From contig CAWIEK010000053.1 in assembly GCA_963835065.1 (NCBI GenBank), positions 224,001-288,000 on the forward strand: a stretch of 64,000 nt of DNA. Reading direction: 5' to 3'. The notes under the pieces are model-generated. The model did not search any database and was not told where the DNA came from. It saw only the letters and a program-made list of their open reading frames with translations. Made by a program: the position numbers and the translations under genes. Below, piece by piece: positions 38,438 through 49,803 of the stretch (position 1 is its first letter; every line of letters begins with the position of its first letter). This stretch comes from an uncultured Chthonomonadaceae bacterium. Its GTDB lineage: Bacteria > Armatimonadota > Chthonomonadetes > Chthonomonadales > Chthonomonadaceae.

Positions 38438-41012
38438 ATGCGCCGCCTCTTTCTTTTATTCTTCCTGTTTGTTTCCGTTGCCGCTTGCGCGCAGGAAAAG
38501 CCCCCGCCTCCCATCGGGCCACATATCGAGCAGATTGGGCCGCACAATACGATTACCGTTCAGGCGGTGGGCGAACCGGGGCATTATATCGGATTTGATG
38601 TGCTTGCGGACGGCAAATTGGCCGCGCCCGTTCGCTTCACATCCCGTGAGTTGATCTTCAGCGCGGATGCTGCTAGCCGCCAACAAGGGCGCTGCGTCCA
38701 CGCTTGTCTTTGACAATCTGCAAGCCGCGCCCGATTGCGGGCTTGCTTTACAGCACAGCCGCGTTGTCGTGACGCTTGTACAGCAGCAATTCCCCACCGT
38801 CGCCTTCGACCTCAATCTCACTTCGTTTTCGTCTCGCGAGTGGCAGCAGGCGATTGGCTTGCAGCCGTTCCACTTTCTCACGTTGGGACTGCCGGAAGCG
38901 ACGGTATGGCATCAGCGGGGCTGGCTGTTTGCCACGCCACGCGCCGATTTGTTTCCCCTCCTGCTCGATGTTCACGCCGGAATGCCCGAACTTTCCGCTT
39001 CCTACAACCACGAATGGAGCGCGACTCCGCCCCTGTCCGCCCATGCTTTGCCCGTTGTCGGGTTGTGGTCTCCCGCCCGAAAATTGTACATCGGCTGGGA
39101 TTTTCAGGCTTCGCGCATAGGTGACAATTCCGAGCGCGACATTGCCACCGGCTTCTGCAATCGCCTGATTGTTCCGGTTGAACCGCGCATCCGCCAGCCT
39201 ATCGAAGAAACACAGCCGCCCGCTTCGCCCCTCCCGGACGCGGACGCGCCCCGCAGCCGCAATGGAAAGCCGCCGTCCCATCGTGACCCGCGCACTCGCC
39301 GCCCGCTTTCCTATGACCAGCAGGCAAGCCGGGAACTGGATCACAGCGGCGTGGGTAAATTCGTCGCGCTCGTGTACCCGCAGGGCGGCGCAGACGCGCG
39401 GCAGCCTGCCTATCCCAAAGCCGGAACACGATTGTCCTCCCGCGCCACGCTTACGTTCAACACGGATTTAAGCGATACGGATGATCCCAACCGCTTTTTG
39501 TGGCAGAACTGGTGGAACACGCCTTCCATTTACAGCCATCTGGCAAACGTGCCGCTTGTCAACGATCTGAGTTGGCTGCCCACATCAACACTCCTGCAAA
39601 CGCTCACGCCCGCTCCTCAAAACAGCCTGCTTACCGTTGCCGATGACCAGTACCACATCCCCGGTTCCCTGCTGCTGGCCGGCCAAAACACGCTCAACGA
39701 AAGCCAAGTGGAAACCGCCTTTCATACCGACAGCCAAACCCAATTGACACAACTGCAAGCCGACGCGCAAACCCTGCTCCACTACGCCAAACATTTCACC
39801 CTTGACAAAGAACCCTGCGTCTATTGGGAACAGCCGCTTGCCGGCGAATGGACAACGCAATGGGGCGGCGAACCCGCCACCACCCTCCATTCTCACAGCG
39901 GGTGGGCGGCGGCGCGGCTGTTGCTGGACTTGTATAAAGAGGAGAAAAGAAGAAGAGAAGAAGAGAAGAAGAGAAGAAAAGCAGAGCAAAACGAACATAC
40001 CTCTGCGAGTTTGCTAACGCAGGAAGGGGAGAAGCATCCCAACTCTTCTCTTCTTCCTACAATAGACGGTGTTTTCAACTGGACAAAGCGCGTCGTCTGG
40101 ACGCGGGGGCGGTTGGGCGATTCGCCTGCGTCGGCAAGCGTGGAGGATGGCGCGTCGGCGATTGCGTTTTTGCTGGATTATTATTTCACCTTCAAAGACG
40201 ATCTGACGGAGGACGCCCACCATACGCGGGCTTTGCAGGCGTTGGAACTGGCGCGTACTTTTGCGTACCGTTATCTGATTATGTGGACGGGTAATGGGGA
40301 TAGTGGCGGCGCTGAGAACAGCGCGTTTTTGTGGGAGCGGCGTTCAGGACAGGAACCGGCAGGCGGGGCGCAAGACGGGGAGAACCTGGACGCGCTGGCG
40401 CAGGTGGCGGTGCATACCGGGGATCCTATTTTGATGTGGGCGCTTCGCGGCAGCCTGTCGCGTGGCACAGCCCTGTTTCAGAACATGCCTCAACAAGCAG
40501 TAGTAAAGGAAGCCGCCGATCAGGAAAGAACACCGGGCACTACATTAACATCTACCGCAGCAAGCATGTCCCTGCACATGATGGAGCCGGTTGGCGACAC
40601 GCAGATGCGGGTGTTGTGCGGGGAACGGGCCGCGCTTGCCTTTGACCGCAACGCACAAACCCTGAACGTCCGCGATTATCGCTGCACAAGTTCGGGGGAC
40701 TTCGCGTTTACGCTGCGCGCAGGGGATACGTCACTGGTTTCCCCGGCGAATACGCGCCGGTTCAGCGTGACAATTACGTTCCCTTATGTGGATTTAAGCC
40801 GAAAAACGGTTGCCGTCCGGCATGGCAATGTCACGCAGAAAACGCTCGATCCGGGCGCGGAACTGATGCGGGAACCGGACGCGTTCTGGTCGTTGATTGT
40901 CCGCAACTTGCGCGATGGCGATACCGTTATTGTCGGCAAGCCGGATTTGAGCGCGGCAAACCGCCTGCCCGTTGCGCCTCCTCGTGCCACAATCAACGGT
41001 TTACTTCCCTGA
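38438..41012 (+). CDS. Large secreted hypothetical protein, frameshift near 38670-38690
   Basis: Signal-peptide ORF overlaps the 781-aa ORF in another frame. Confidence 0.65.
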
Positions 41013-41047
41013 GTTACTGCCGACTTTTACAATTTCCCGACCTGATT

Positions 41048-41214
41048 GGTAACTCTTCACCACCAAGACGCCAAGAACACCAAGATAATACAGGCCACTC
41101 AAAAGTCTTAGACATGGAAGATAGTTTCGTTCTCTCCTGCAATTTCACAACGTCTTTCTTATCGTTCTTCTCGTTTCCTTGGTGTTCTTAGTGTCTTGGT
41201 GGTGAAGAGTCACC
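41048..41214. repeat. 37-bp inverted repeat built of 9-mers (MITE-like)
   Basis: 41048-41084 versus 41178-41214, 34/37 match. Confidence 0.85.
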
Positions 41215-41553
41215 GGAATTGTTTCGCAACCAATCTGCCGTTTGGCGCGTCTAATAGGGTGAGTGGAGCAAAGGCCGGCGCTCACGGGCGTTGTCCAATA
41301 TTATATTCATTTGCGGACGAACTTTTGCCCTCGTTGTTCTCGTCATTAGTGTCAGCCGTCAGCGTAATGCCTGTTCGTTCCTCAAGCCGAAATACGGTAT
41401 GTGTTCACCAATGTTCTGCTGTGTGACCTGCCGCATTGCCGACGCCTGTTTGCTCAGTTTGCATTTCTCCCCATAAACAAAGCCGCGCCGCCGCGTTTTG
41501 CCCTACATCCGTTTGCGCCTTGCAGCGCTTCGTATCAGGGTACGATTTAATAC

Positions 41554-42342
41554 GTGATTACCCGGACACGGCTACTTGAACGACAGAAGGACGGTTACAC
41601 CGTGCGAAAATGGAGCCGAGAGTCCATCGGGCTGGAAATCCGCCACATGTTTGAAGCCGGCGAAGATTTGAATTACGCCAGCATTGCGCAGGAGCAAGTC
41701 GCCCTGCTCCGCGCCGCCACCCGCTATTTTGGCTCGTGGCGCAGCGCGGTAGAATTCGCCGGGCTGAACTACGACGACATTCGCCGTTACAAAACCTGGA
41801 GCCGCGCCCGGATTTTGGAACGCATCCGCGAACTGCATGACAACGGCGAAGACCTGAGTTGGCGGCATGTCAGCACCAAAGTAGACCCGCAATTGGCGGC
41901 AGCCGCCACCAAGCGCAAGCATTTCGGATCATGGCGCGACGCGGTTGCGGCAGCCGGCCTGGATTACGGCATCATTCGCCGTTACCGCGAATGGGACGAG
42001 GCCACCATCAAAGCCAAACTTCATGAACTTCATGAGCAGGGCATTGATCTCAACGCCAAACATATCGAAGAGTACGACATTACGCTGATTACCGCCGCCC
42101 GCCGCCGTTTCGACAGTTGGGACAAGGCGCTCACGGCAGCGGGACTGGATTACAAGCAGATTGTGCTGCGCACCCCGTTCAAGCGCCGCCGTCCTCTTGC
42201 CGCGCCTGCCGGTACGCGCGCTTCCCACCGGGAAACCGAATCGGAACGCGCGGAACCATCTCCTGCCGCCGAAAAACACACCGAAGCGCAACACAAAACA
42301 GAACGTGGAGACGCCTCCTTAGTCGGCTCTTCCACGCGCTAA
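41554..42342 (+). CDS. Protein of three tandem FGSW/AAGLDY repeats (homing-endonuclease-associated repeat-like)
   Basis: RYFGSWRSAVEFAGLNY / KHFGSWRDAVAAAGLDY / RRFDSWDKALTAAGLDY. Confidence 0.75.
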   Translation: MITRTRLLERQKDGYTVRKWSRESIGLEIRHMFEAGEDLNYASIAQEQVALLRAATRYFGSWRSAVEFAGLNYDDIRRYKTWSRARILERIRELHDNGEDLSWRHVSTKVDPQLAAAATKRKHFGSWRDAVAAAGLDYGIIRRYREWDEATIKAKLHELHEQGIDLNAKHIEEYDITLITAARRRFDSWDKALTAAGLDYKQIVLRTPFKRRRPLAAPAGTRASHRETESERAEPSPAAEKHTEAQHKTERGDASLVGSSTR

Positions 42343-42356
42343 TGGACGAATCAGAA

Positions 42357-42394
42357 CAATAGCCCGAACTTTCAAAGGAAAGTTCGGGCTATTG
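42357..42394. terminator. Bidirectional terminator
   Basis: CAATAGCCCGAACTTTC/GAAAGTTCGGGCTATTG between convergent genes. Confidence 0.85.
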
Positions 42395-42469
42395 CTTTGG
42401 GGCACAAGATATAAGGGAAAAGGAAAAAGGAGAAAGAATGAAATTCATCCTTCATCCTTCATCCTTTCC

Positions 42470-43837
42470 TTAAAAGCCACGCAGCAAGAGGCCTAGATAA
42501 GCCACGCTGCTCACGGCTCCGAGGTAATCGAACGCATCGCGGCCTTTCGGGATCGTGCCGGACGGGATCGTAATGGTATCGCCCGGCTGCAAATCAATGT
42601 CCTGCGCCTTGCCTTTGGCAATGTCGCGGTAGCTGAACGGAATGATCTGCGAGTGCTTGGCGTCGTTGTCAGAGTGGCGGAAGATCACGCCGTTGTTTTC
42701 TTTGGCAAACGGAGCCACGCCGCCCGCTTCGCTGATGGCCTGCGTCAGCGTGGTGCGCTTGTCATAGACGATCTTGCCGGGGCGGACAAAGCCGCCATTG
42801 ACGTTGATGTAAGAGTTGTTTTCCAGTTTCTCAACGTATACGGTGTCATCGGGCTTCAAGGTGATGTTGTTGACCACATCGCCCTGCTCGGCCTTGTCCA
42901 GATCAATCGTCAAGGGACGGTCTTCGCCCACGCGCCGAATAATGACCTGCTTGCGGTTGGCGGCCAGGCGCGTCCCGCCTACAAGGTTGATGGCTTCGCG
43001 CACGGTCAGGGTTTGGCCGGTCGGCAGGGGAATGTCGCGCTGCGTTTTTTCCACTTCGCCAAAAACCGAAACCGTTCCCTTGCTGGGCAGGGTTTTGAAG
43101 CCCACGATGATGCGGTCTTTGTCCTTCAGCACGGGGTTTTGGCTTTCGTCGGGCGTTTCGCCAACCGCGGGGCGGAAGAACTTTTCGAAGTTGTAGGTCA
43201 GCGTCGTGACTTTATCTTCGTTGCCCACTTTGGTATGGCGCAGGATATTGACGCGGGACAGGTCGGAGTTTTCCGTCGGATCGGCGCGGGAAAGCACGTC
43301 AATCAGCGTCACGTCGCTGCCGATGGCAACCGGGCCGGAATTGCGCACCGCGCCGCCGATGAAAATCACCGGGCGGGGCACGCCCACAATCGTCACCGTG
43401 ACCTGCGGATTCTTGACATACACTTTGAGGTAATCGGCAATGGCGGCGGCGGTCTGCGCCGGGGTTTTGCCGAGCGCCTTGATGGGCTGCATGATGCCGG
43501 CATACTTGACGTTGATGTTGCCATTGGCGTCCACGCCATACGTGCCGCTGGGATCGGGTTCGCCGACGACGGTGACGCTGATGACAAAGCCGGCCTTGAT
43601 GGGCTGCGTCTGGCTGATGGCTTCCTCGCCGATGGAAGAAGTGGATTTATCCAGGGACTTGTCCGTCTTATCGGTCTTGTCCGTTTTAATCAGTGGATCG
43701 GTTTTATCGCCGGTATCCAACCCCTGCGCCCGCGCCGACAGGCTTGCGCCGGACAGCAGCAGGCCCAGCCCGCAGGCCATAATCAGCGACCTCGCACCGG
43801 CGCGTTTTGGAAAGAATGAAGAACACTTCATGGGCAT
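42470..43837 (-). CDS. Polysaccharide export (Wza-like) protein with SLBB domains
   Basis: Poly_export-like N-domain (YVKNPQVTV), three repeats of LKxxDxI type. Confidence 0.88.
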   Translation of the reverse strand: MPMKCSSFFPKRAGARSLIMACGLGLLLSGASLSARAQGLDTGDKTDPLIKTDKTDKTDKSLDKSTSSIGEEAISQTQPIKAGFVISVTVVGEPDPSGTYGVDANGNINVKYAGIMQPIKALGKTPAQTAAAIADYLKVYVKNPQVTVTIVGVPRPVIFIGGAVRNSGPVAIGSDVTLIDVLSRADPTENSDLSRVNILRHTKVGNEDKVTTLTYNFEKFFRPAVGETPDESQNPVLKDKDRIIVGFKTLPSKGTVSVFGEVEKTQRDIPLPTGQTLTVREAINLVGGTRLAANRKQVIIRRVGEDRPLTIDLDKAEQGDVVNNITLKPDDTVYVEKLENNSYINVNGGFVRPGKIVYDKRTTLTQAISEAGGVAPFAKENNGVIFRHSDNDAKHSQIIPFSYRDIAKGKAQDIDLQPGDTITIPSGTIPKGRDAFDYLGAVSSVAYLGLLLRGF

Positions 43838-44135
43838 ACTCCTTAATGACTGGCAAACGTGAGGAAGGCATCAGGCATTAGATATTAGGCATTAGATAAG
43901 GGCTGTTGGGACAATAACTTGTATCTAGTGCCTAATGCCTGATGCCTTCCCCGCAAAATAGTACCGCAAACATTGAATGAGAACCGAGTCAGTTTCGCAT
44001 CGGTTGGGGTAGTATAGAAAAAGCAGTTGCAAACACCCTTTGGGAATGGAGCGCAGTCCCTTATACGGAGGCTGGCCCGCTTTCCATCACGCCATTTACC
44101 GGAAAATTTCTAAATTTTTTGACGGGAGAACCCCT

Positions 44136-44783
44136 ATGATGAAACCTGCCGCCCTGAAAATGCTCTGGATCAACTGTGTCGAGCGCCTCAAAGATCGGAT
44201 CAACAACCGCTCGTTCTGGGAAGCGCTGGAAGCCACAAACGCCATTACGGTAGAAGGCGATGTCCTGATTATCGGCTTAGACCCGCAAAACTTCAATCGC
44301 GCTACACATTTGCAGCAAGTGACCAATATGCACACCATTATGGATGTGGTCAAAGAGCTGTTCAACCAGCCTTTGCAGGTGCGCTTGATCGAAGGCACGA
44401 CGCTGCAGGATTGGGAAACCACCAAAGAAAGCGATATTCGCGTTGCGGCCATGAAACAGGCCGGGAACACGCGCCTTGTCAAAGAAGACCGACAGCTTAC
44501 CGGATGGGAGGGCGTGTACGAAACCATGTCGCGTCTGTACGCGCAGTCCCCCAATCGCTCGCTGCCGCAGGGCAAGGCGCGTTATGCCAACGAAGCGCTG
44601 TACCTGCTGGCCGAAGCGATGGATAACCTGTACCCGGAGGAACCCGATGAGGTCACGGAGCGCAGCCTGGCGCGGACTCTGGAACGAATTTCCAATGCGG
44701 CAGATATTCCGGCTTCAGTTCTGGCCTTTGAACTGGAACGCCTGCGCACCTGGCGCAAAGGCGGCCAGGAAGCGGCGGAGTAA
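44136..44783 (+). CDS. Hypothetical protein, N-terminus DnaA domain I-like
   Basis: W..CVERLK..I...SFW...I.VEGDVLIIG pattern; GGGAG RBS. Confidence 0.6.
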   Translation: MMKPAALKMLWINCVERLKDRINNRSFWEALEATNAITVEGDVLIIGLDPQNFNRATHLQQVTNMHTIMDVVKELFNQPLQVRLIEGTTLQDWETTKESDIRVAAMKQAGNTRLVKEDRQLTGWEGVYETMSRLYAQSPNRSLPQGKARYANEALYLLAEAMDNLYPEEPDEVTERSLARTLERISNAADIPASVLAFELERLRTWRKGGQEAAE

Positions 44784-45146
44784 TCCACGCGCTATCTCGT
44801 AAACTATACCACAACTTTTCGCGGTTTGCGTGGAAATCATCGGGAACGGGCGCGTTTATGCGCCCCTCCTACCTTGTAGCATTGCAAGAATCATGCCAAA
44901 CCACGCGAATTTGGGAAAACGGGCAAAATATCTTTTTGCGATTGCGGGAACATTCATCAAGGGAGTCGCCGTCCTGCGCATAGATCACGCAGGCAGCATT
45001 TGTAGAACGTTTGGCATAGCGCCGGACGCTCTGCGCACACGGGAAGTCCGGCGCGTTTCCGGCGCGGCGGTGAATTCCTTACAATAGAAAAGCGACACAA
45101 CCCTTAACAAAATACCGACGGCCTGCGCGTGAGGAGAAAGACAACC

Positions 45147-45689
45147 ATGGCACAGCATAACGCATCCGTGACGGTGAATGCGCCCTTGCATCAGGTGTTT
45201 CAACTGTTCTCGCATTTCAACGACTTTCCGAAGTTCATGTCCTACATCAAGGAAGTGACGTACTACGACAATGAGCGCAGCCACTGGGTTGCCAACGTGG
45301 TCGGCAAGCATGAGTGGGACGCGATCAACGAAAACTGGATACCGGATCAGCAGATCGGCTGGCGTTCCACGGACGGCCTGGAAAACAGCGGCGTGGTGCG
45401 CTTCACATCCGCCGGGGATATGGCGACGAAGATAAACGTGACCATCAACTACGATCCGCCTGCGGGCGTGTTGGGCGACATTGGCGAGTCGCTTGGCGTG
45501 GGCAAAAAGTTCGAGCAGACACTGCAGCACGACCTGGACAACTTCGCGGAAATGGTGGCGCAGGCTCCACGCGGCGCACTCGATCCCCAATCGTCCAGTT
45601 ACCTGTTCCACGAAGACAGCGCGGCGGCACAGGGGCAGACCACCGAAGCGCAAAACGCCACAATGGACAACGCGGCGACAGTTCGATAA
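45147..45689 (+). CDS. SRPBCC (polyketide cyclase/START) family protein
   Basis: FPKFM, SHW, WDA, QIGWRS, YDPPAG. Confidence 0.92.
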   Translation: MAQHNASVTVNAPLHQVFQLFSHFNDFPKFMSYIKEVTYYDNERSHWVANVVGKHEWDAINENWIPDQQIGWRSTDGLENSGVVRFTSAGDMATKINVTINYDPPAGVLGDIGESLGVGKKFEQTLQHDLDNFAEMVAQAPRGALDPQSSSYLFHEDSAAAQGQTTEAQNATMDNAATVR

Positions 45690-48600
45690 CCAGCATTGCC
45701 GCAACAGTCTGAACCTTTAACAACGACACATACACGAGCAACGCCCGCTTTTCTTTCGAGATGAGAGCGGGCGTTGTTATTTGGTTGGAGGAAACAGGCG
45801 CTATCATTGTCCGTTGACTGGGCGAGACTTGTGGTTTGTCGGTTTGCTTGTAGTCTTATTTGTCTCCTGGCTTGTTGTTTCGGCAACGTGACAACCTTAC
45901 GGCCAACCGGCGTAAACGGCTTCCTGGGTTCCGCCTGCCAGAACAGCACATTTCCACTCCCATGCCCGCTTGCCAATGTATTGCCATCCGGCGAAAAGGC
46001 AAGGGAATGAAGCCCTTCCTGATCCGAGTTCAGCGTCAGCGTATCCAGCACCTGATGATCGCGCAGTGTGGACAGTGACCAAAGTTTAATAACGCCATCC
46101 CTGCTGCCGGTGGCAAGCGTTTTGCCATCGGGAGAAAAAGTCAAAGCCTCCACAGAAGCGTTATGGCCGGGAAGCAGGTATAGAGGCTTGCGCGATTTGA
46201 CATCCCAAATACGCGCGGTATGATCCCGACTGCCGGTTGCCAGCAAGCGTCCATCCGGCGAAAAAGCGACAGATAGAATGGTGTCCTGATGAACAAACTG
46301 TGAGGGCACGGTGGAACCCTGCACCTGGCGCGGCGGGCGGCCAATCTCCTGGCGAGTTTCGGGATTCCACCACCGCAACTCCCCGGAACCGCCTCCTGTA
46401 ACGAGTATCTTGCCATCAGGTGAGAATGCCATCGCCATGATCCAGCCGGTATGGCCGAGATGATGCGTAAATTCCGGTATCTCCTTATGGGTGGCAACGT
46501 CCCACAGTCGGGCATGGTAGCCGTTGTAGGGGCTGGGATGGAATTCCGGCTCTCTTTTGGTGTTGCCGCCTCCCGTAACAATGTACTTGCCATTTGGTGA
46601 AAAGGCAACCGATCTGAAAATATCCGCATCAATGTCTTCAGTTGCTGCCTGGAAACAGGCAATCTCCCGCCCTGTTTGCGTGTCGCACAAGGTCAGCGAT
46701 TTATCCGCGCTTGCGACTGCAAGGGTGTTGCCATTCGGCGCAAAAGCAACGTATACCTCTTTGGCATGTAGTGGGGTAGACGCACTGAAGTTTATGAGTG
46801 CGCGCGTTCCAAATACGCGCGACATTTTTATCTTTGTCGCCACAGGTTGCCAGCCACTTTCCATCACGGGAATACACAAGCGTGTTTACGGTTCCACTCT
46901 GCGTTGGCAGCATGGGCGGCGTGAACTGCGCGACATCCCACAACTTGATTGTCTCGTCAAGGCCGCCACTAATCAGCGTTCGGCTGTCAGGCGTGAAGGT
47001 GATCGCTTTTACGCTTTTCGTGTGTCCGCGTAGGGTCCTCATTTCACGCGGCCTGCCTAACATAGATATAGTGCGCGCATCCCATACTTTAATGATGTTG
47101 TCATCGCTGCTCGTTGCCATCCAAAAGCCATCAAGCGAAAAGGCGACCCCGGTGATTGTGTTGACATGACTGGTTAGCTCCTGGCATTTCTGCGTGGCGA
47201 TGTTCCAGACGCGAACGATTTTATCTTCACCACCCGTAACCAGGTAGTTTCCGTCCGGGCTGAACACGGCACTATGAAGATATTCCTGTGTCGAACGCAC
47301 TCTTGCGCCTGTACTTAAAGTGGCAATTTGTTTGCCACTGCTGACGTCCCATACGATAGTGGATTGAATATCCAAAGGAATGCCTCCGCCGCTTGCCAGA
47401 CGCTTGCCATCCGGGGAGAAAGCGACACATAAAATGGGGCAATTGAGATGAGGCGAACCCCCATCAGGAGAATGCGACAGCCATTTGAGGGTATGGCGAG
47501 TGGCAGTATCTGTCAAGCCCACTCTGCCGTCTAACGTTCCAAAAGCGAGCAGTGTTCCATCCGGGGAATACGCCAGCGAAAGCACTTTGATATCGCTTTG
47601 TTCGCCAAGAGGGAAAAAGAAGTCTTCTTTTGCGGATTTCACATCCCATAAACGTATGCGGTTGGAAATAGCGACCGCAAGGGTATGCCCATCCGGCGAG
47701 AAAGCTACACAGGGCTTGGTGTATTTCGCCTTGACCGGCAAGTCGGCATGTCGTCCGGTTTTTAGATTGGTCAGGCGAACCATGCAATTATCACTGCCAC
47801 TGGCAAGCAAGGTTCCATCCGGTGAACAGGCAAGGCTGCAAATCCCGTCTTGCTGGTTCTGAAAAGTACGATGCGCCGTGTTAAGGCATTCTTGGTGTAG
47901 GTAGTACCATTCAAAGCTGCGCAAGTCACTGGCAAAAGCATTTGGATGTGCATAACGCACAAGAATTCCTTTCGCTACAGTAAAGTTATCTGTGTTGATT
48001 GCCTTCTGGCTAAGAACCAGTGAATGAGGATAAAGTAGTCTTTCTGTGTGCTGCCGTTCAAGTGTTGCAGCCATTAAAGCTTGAGAACGTTGCTGTGCCA
48101 AACGTTTTGCCTTCGCTTCCGCCACTCGCTCTGTGGCGGCATTATGATTGGCGCGCTTTGCCTCTTTGTTCGCGCGTTCAGCCTCAGTTGTACGATCTAA
48201 AGCATATTCTTGGGCCTTCTGCTGGTTTTGTTGAGCAATCTCCTTCTGTTTTTTTGCTTCGTTTGCAATTCGTTCGATGCCGAGTGCATATTCATGTTCC
48301 GCTTCGGCCTTTTCGTGTTCTGTTTTGGCCTGAAGTTGGGTTTGACGGACCAACAAATCATCCTTGGCAAGTTTTACAGCGTCGGCCTCTCGCTTTTGCT
48401 GAAGTGCAACTCCCGCCAGAATACTCATAATGAGCAGCACGGCGGACGAAAGCGTCAACGCTCGAATCAAGCCTTTGCGGTAAGCTTCGCGCTGGCGACG
48501 CAGTTCCGCGTCGGGCATGTGGGCGGTTATCCACGCCTTATCGAAAACATGCCCGTAAATGCGGTTGCGGACGCGGAGCAGACCCTTTTCCACGCCCGCC

Positions 48601-49589
48601 ACGCCGCTGAGTTTGAGAATAGCGGGGAGGGGGCTGGTATCATCATCGGGAACAATTCTGCCCTGCCGAACCTGGCTGTACAGGTCGAGCAGGGACGCGA
48701 CATCCGCTTCGCTGTTCAACAGGCGGCTGCGCACAAAAGTCAGGTTATCATCCGTTTCTTTGGCCTTGTGCGCGAGAAAGAGTTCGTCGCACAGGCTGTC
48801 TACCTGCGTGGGCGTTTTCGCATCCGTTTCGGCTGCCGCCAGGCACAGGCGCTGCGTGAGATAGGGATGCCCGCCCGTCCAGTACAGCACGCGATTCAGC
48901 ACGGCTTTGCTGTTGCCGTGCAGCCCTTCGGCAAGCGGGGCGGCTTCCATATCCGTGAAATCACACACTTCAATGCGCCTGCCGATGTTGAAGGGAGAAA
49001 CGCGCGTATCCTGCACCAAATCGGCGGGCGTGGCGGTTCCGAGCAGGCAGAAAACCAGACGGCTGAAGTCGGCGTTGGTGGCGCGCTCCACGTAGCACTG
49101 GCGAATGGCGGCAAAGAACTCGTCGGCGGAAAACGGCAGGGAACGCACCACGTCAATCTCATCCACGAACAAAATCAATTTCTGCTTGACGGCGGGCAGG
49201 GCGATTTGCTCGATAGCCGTAAAGCAGCGCTGCAAGGGACTGAGGCGCGGATTGTCCTGGTAATAATCGTCGAATTCGTCTTCCAAATCAAGCTGGCGGC
49301 CCAAGCGCAGGAGCAGGCCATCGTACCACTGTTCGGGCGTCAGGTTCTGCCCAATGGCCGTCAGGTCTAAAACCGCTACCGCGTGTCCTTCGGCTCGCAG
49401 ACGCTGCGCCGTATGCACCATCAGACTGGACTTGCCCATCTGCCGCGCATTGAGAACGTAACAATACTCGCCTGCCATCAGGCTTGCGTAAAGGTCGGTG
49501 TCGGCCTGGCGCGCGATGTAGGAAGCCGAACCTTGCCGGAGTGTGCCGCCGGTCACATAGAAGGCGGGAGAAAGAGCCGCAGTAGTCAT
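45599..49589 (-). CDS. AAA_35-type ATPase - TM - coiled coil - WD40 protein, frameshift near 46770; true end probably near 45800
   Basis: ARQMGKSS, FVDEID, WTGGHPYLTQ, TM, FEWYYL, more than 10 WD40 repeats spread over two frames. Confidence 0.85.
45739..45776. terminator. Terminator between convergent genes
   Basis: CAACGCCCGCT/AGCGGGCGTTG followed by TTATTT. Confidence 0.7.
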
Positions 49590-49803
49590 AGTAACGCCTT
49601 AACAGTAGAGGAAGCACCGGGAGTGGAGAAATGGATGCGGCTAAATTCGCTTCAAAATCCTATTTTCCTCCCCTGAATTTACATTTTCATCGGAATTTAT
49701 TTTTCGGACTGTTCTTTCCATTTCCAAAGCAAGGAAAGCAGGAAATTGCCTCACGGTTACGGAAAGAGTCAGCCACAACTCCAACCTTGCAAGAGAAGAA
49801 GCT

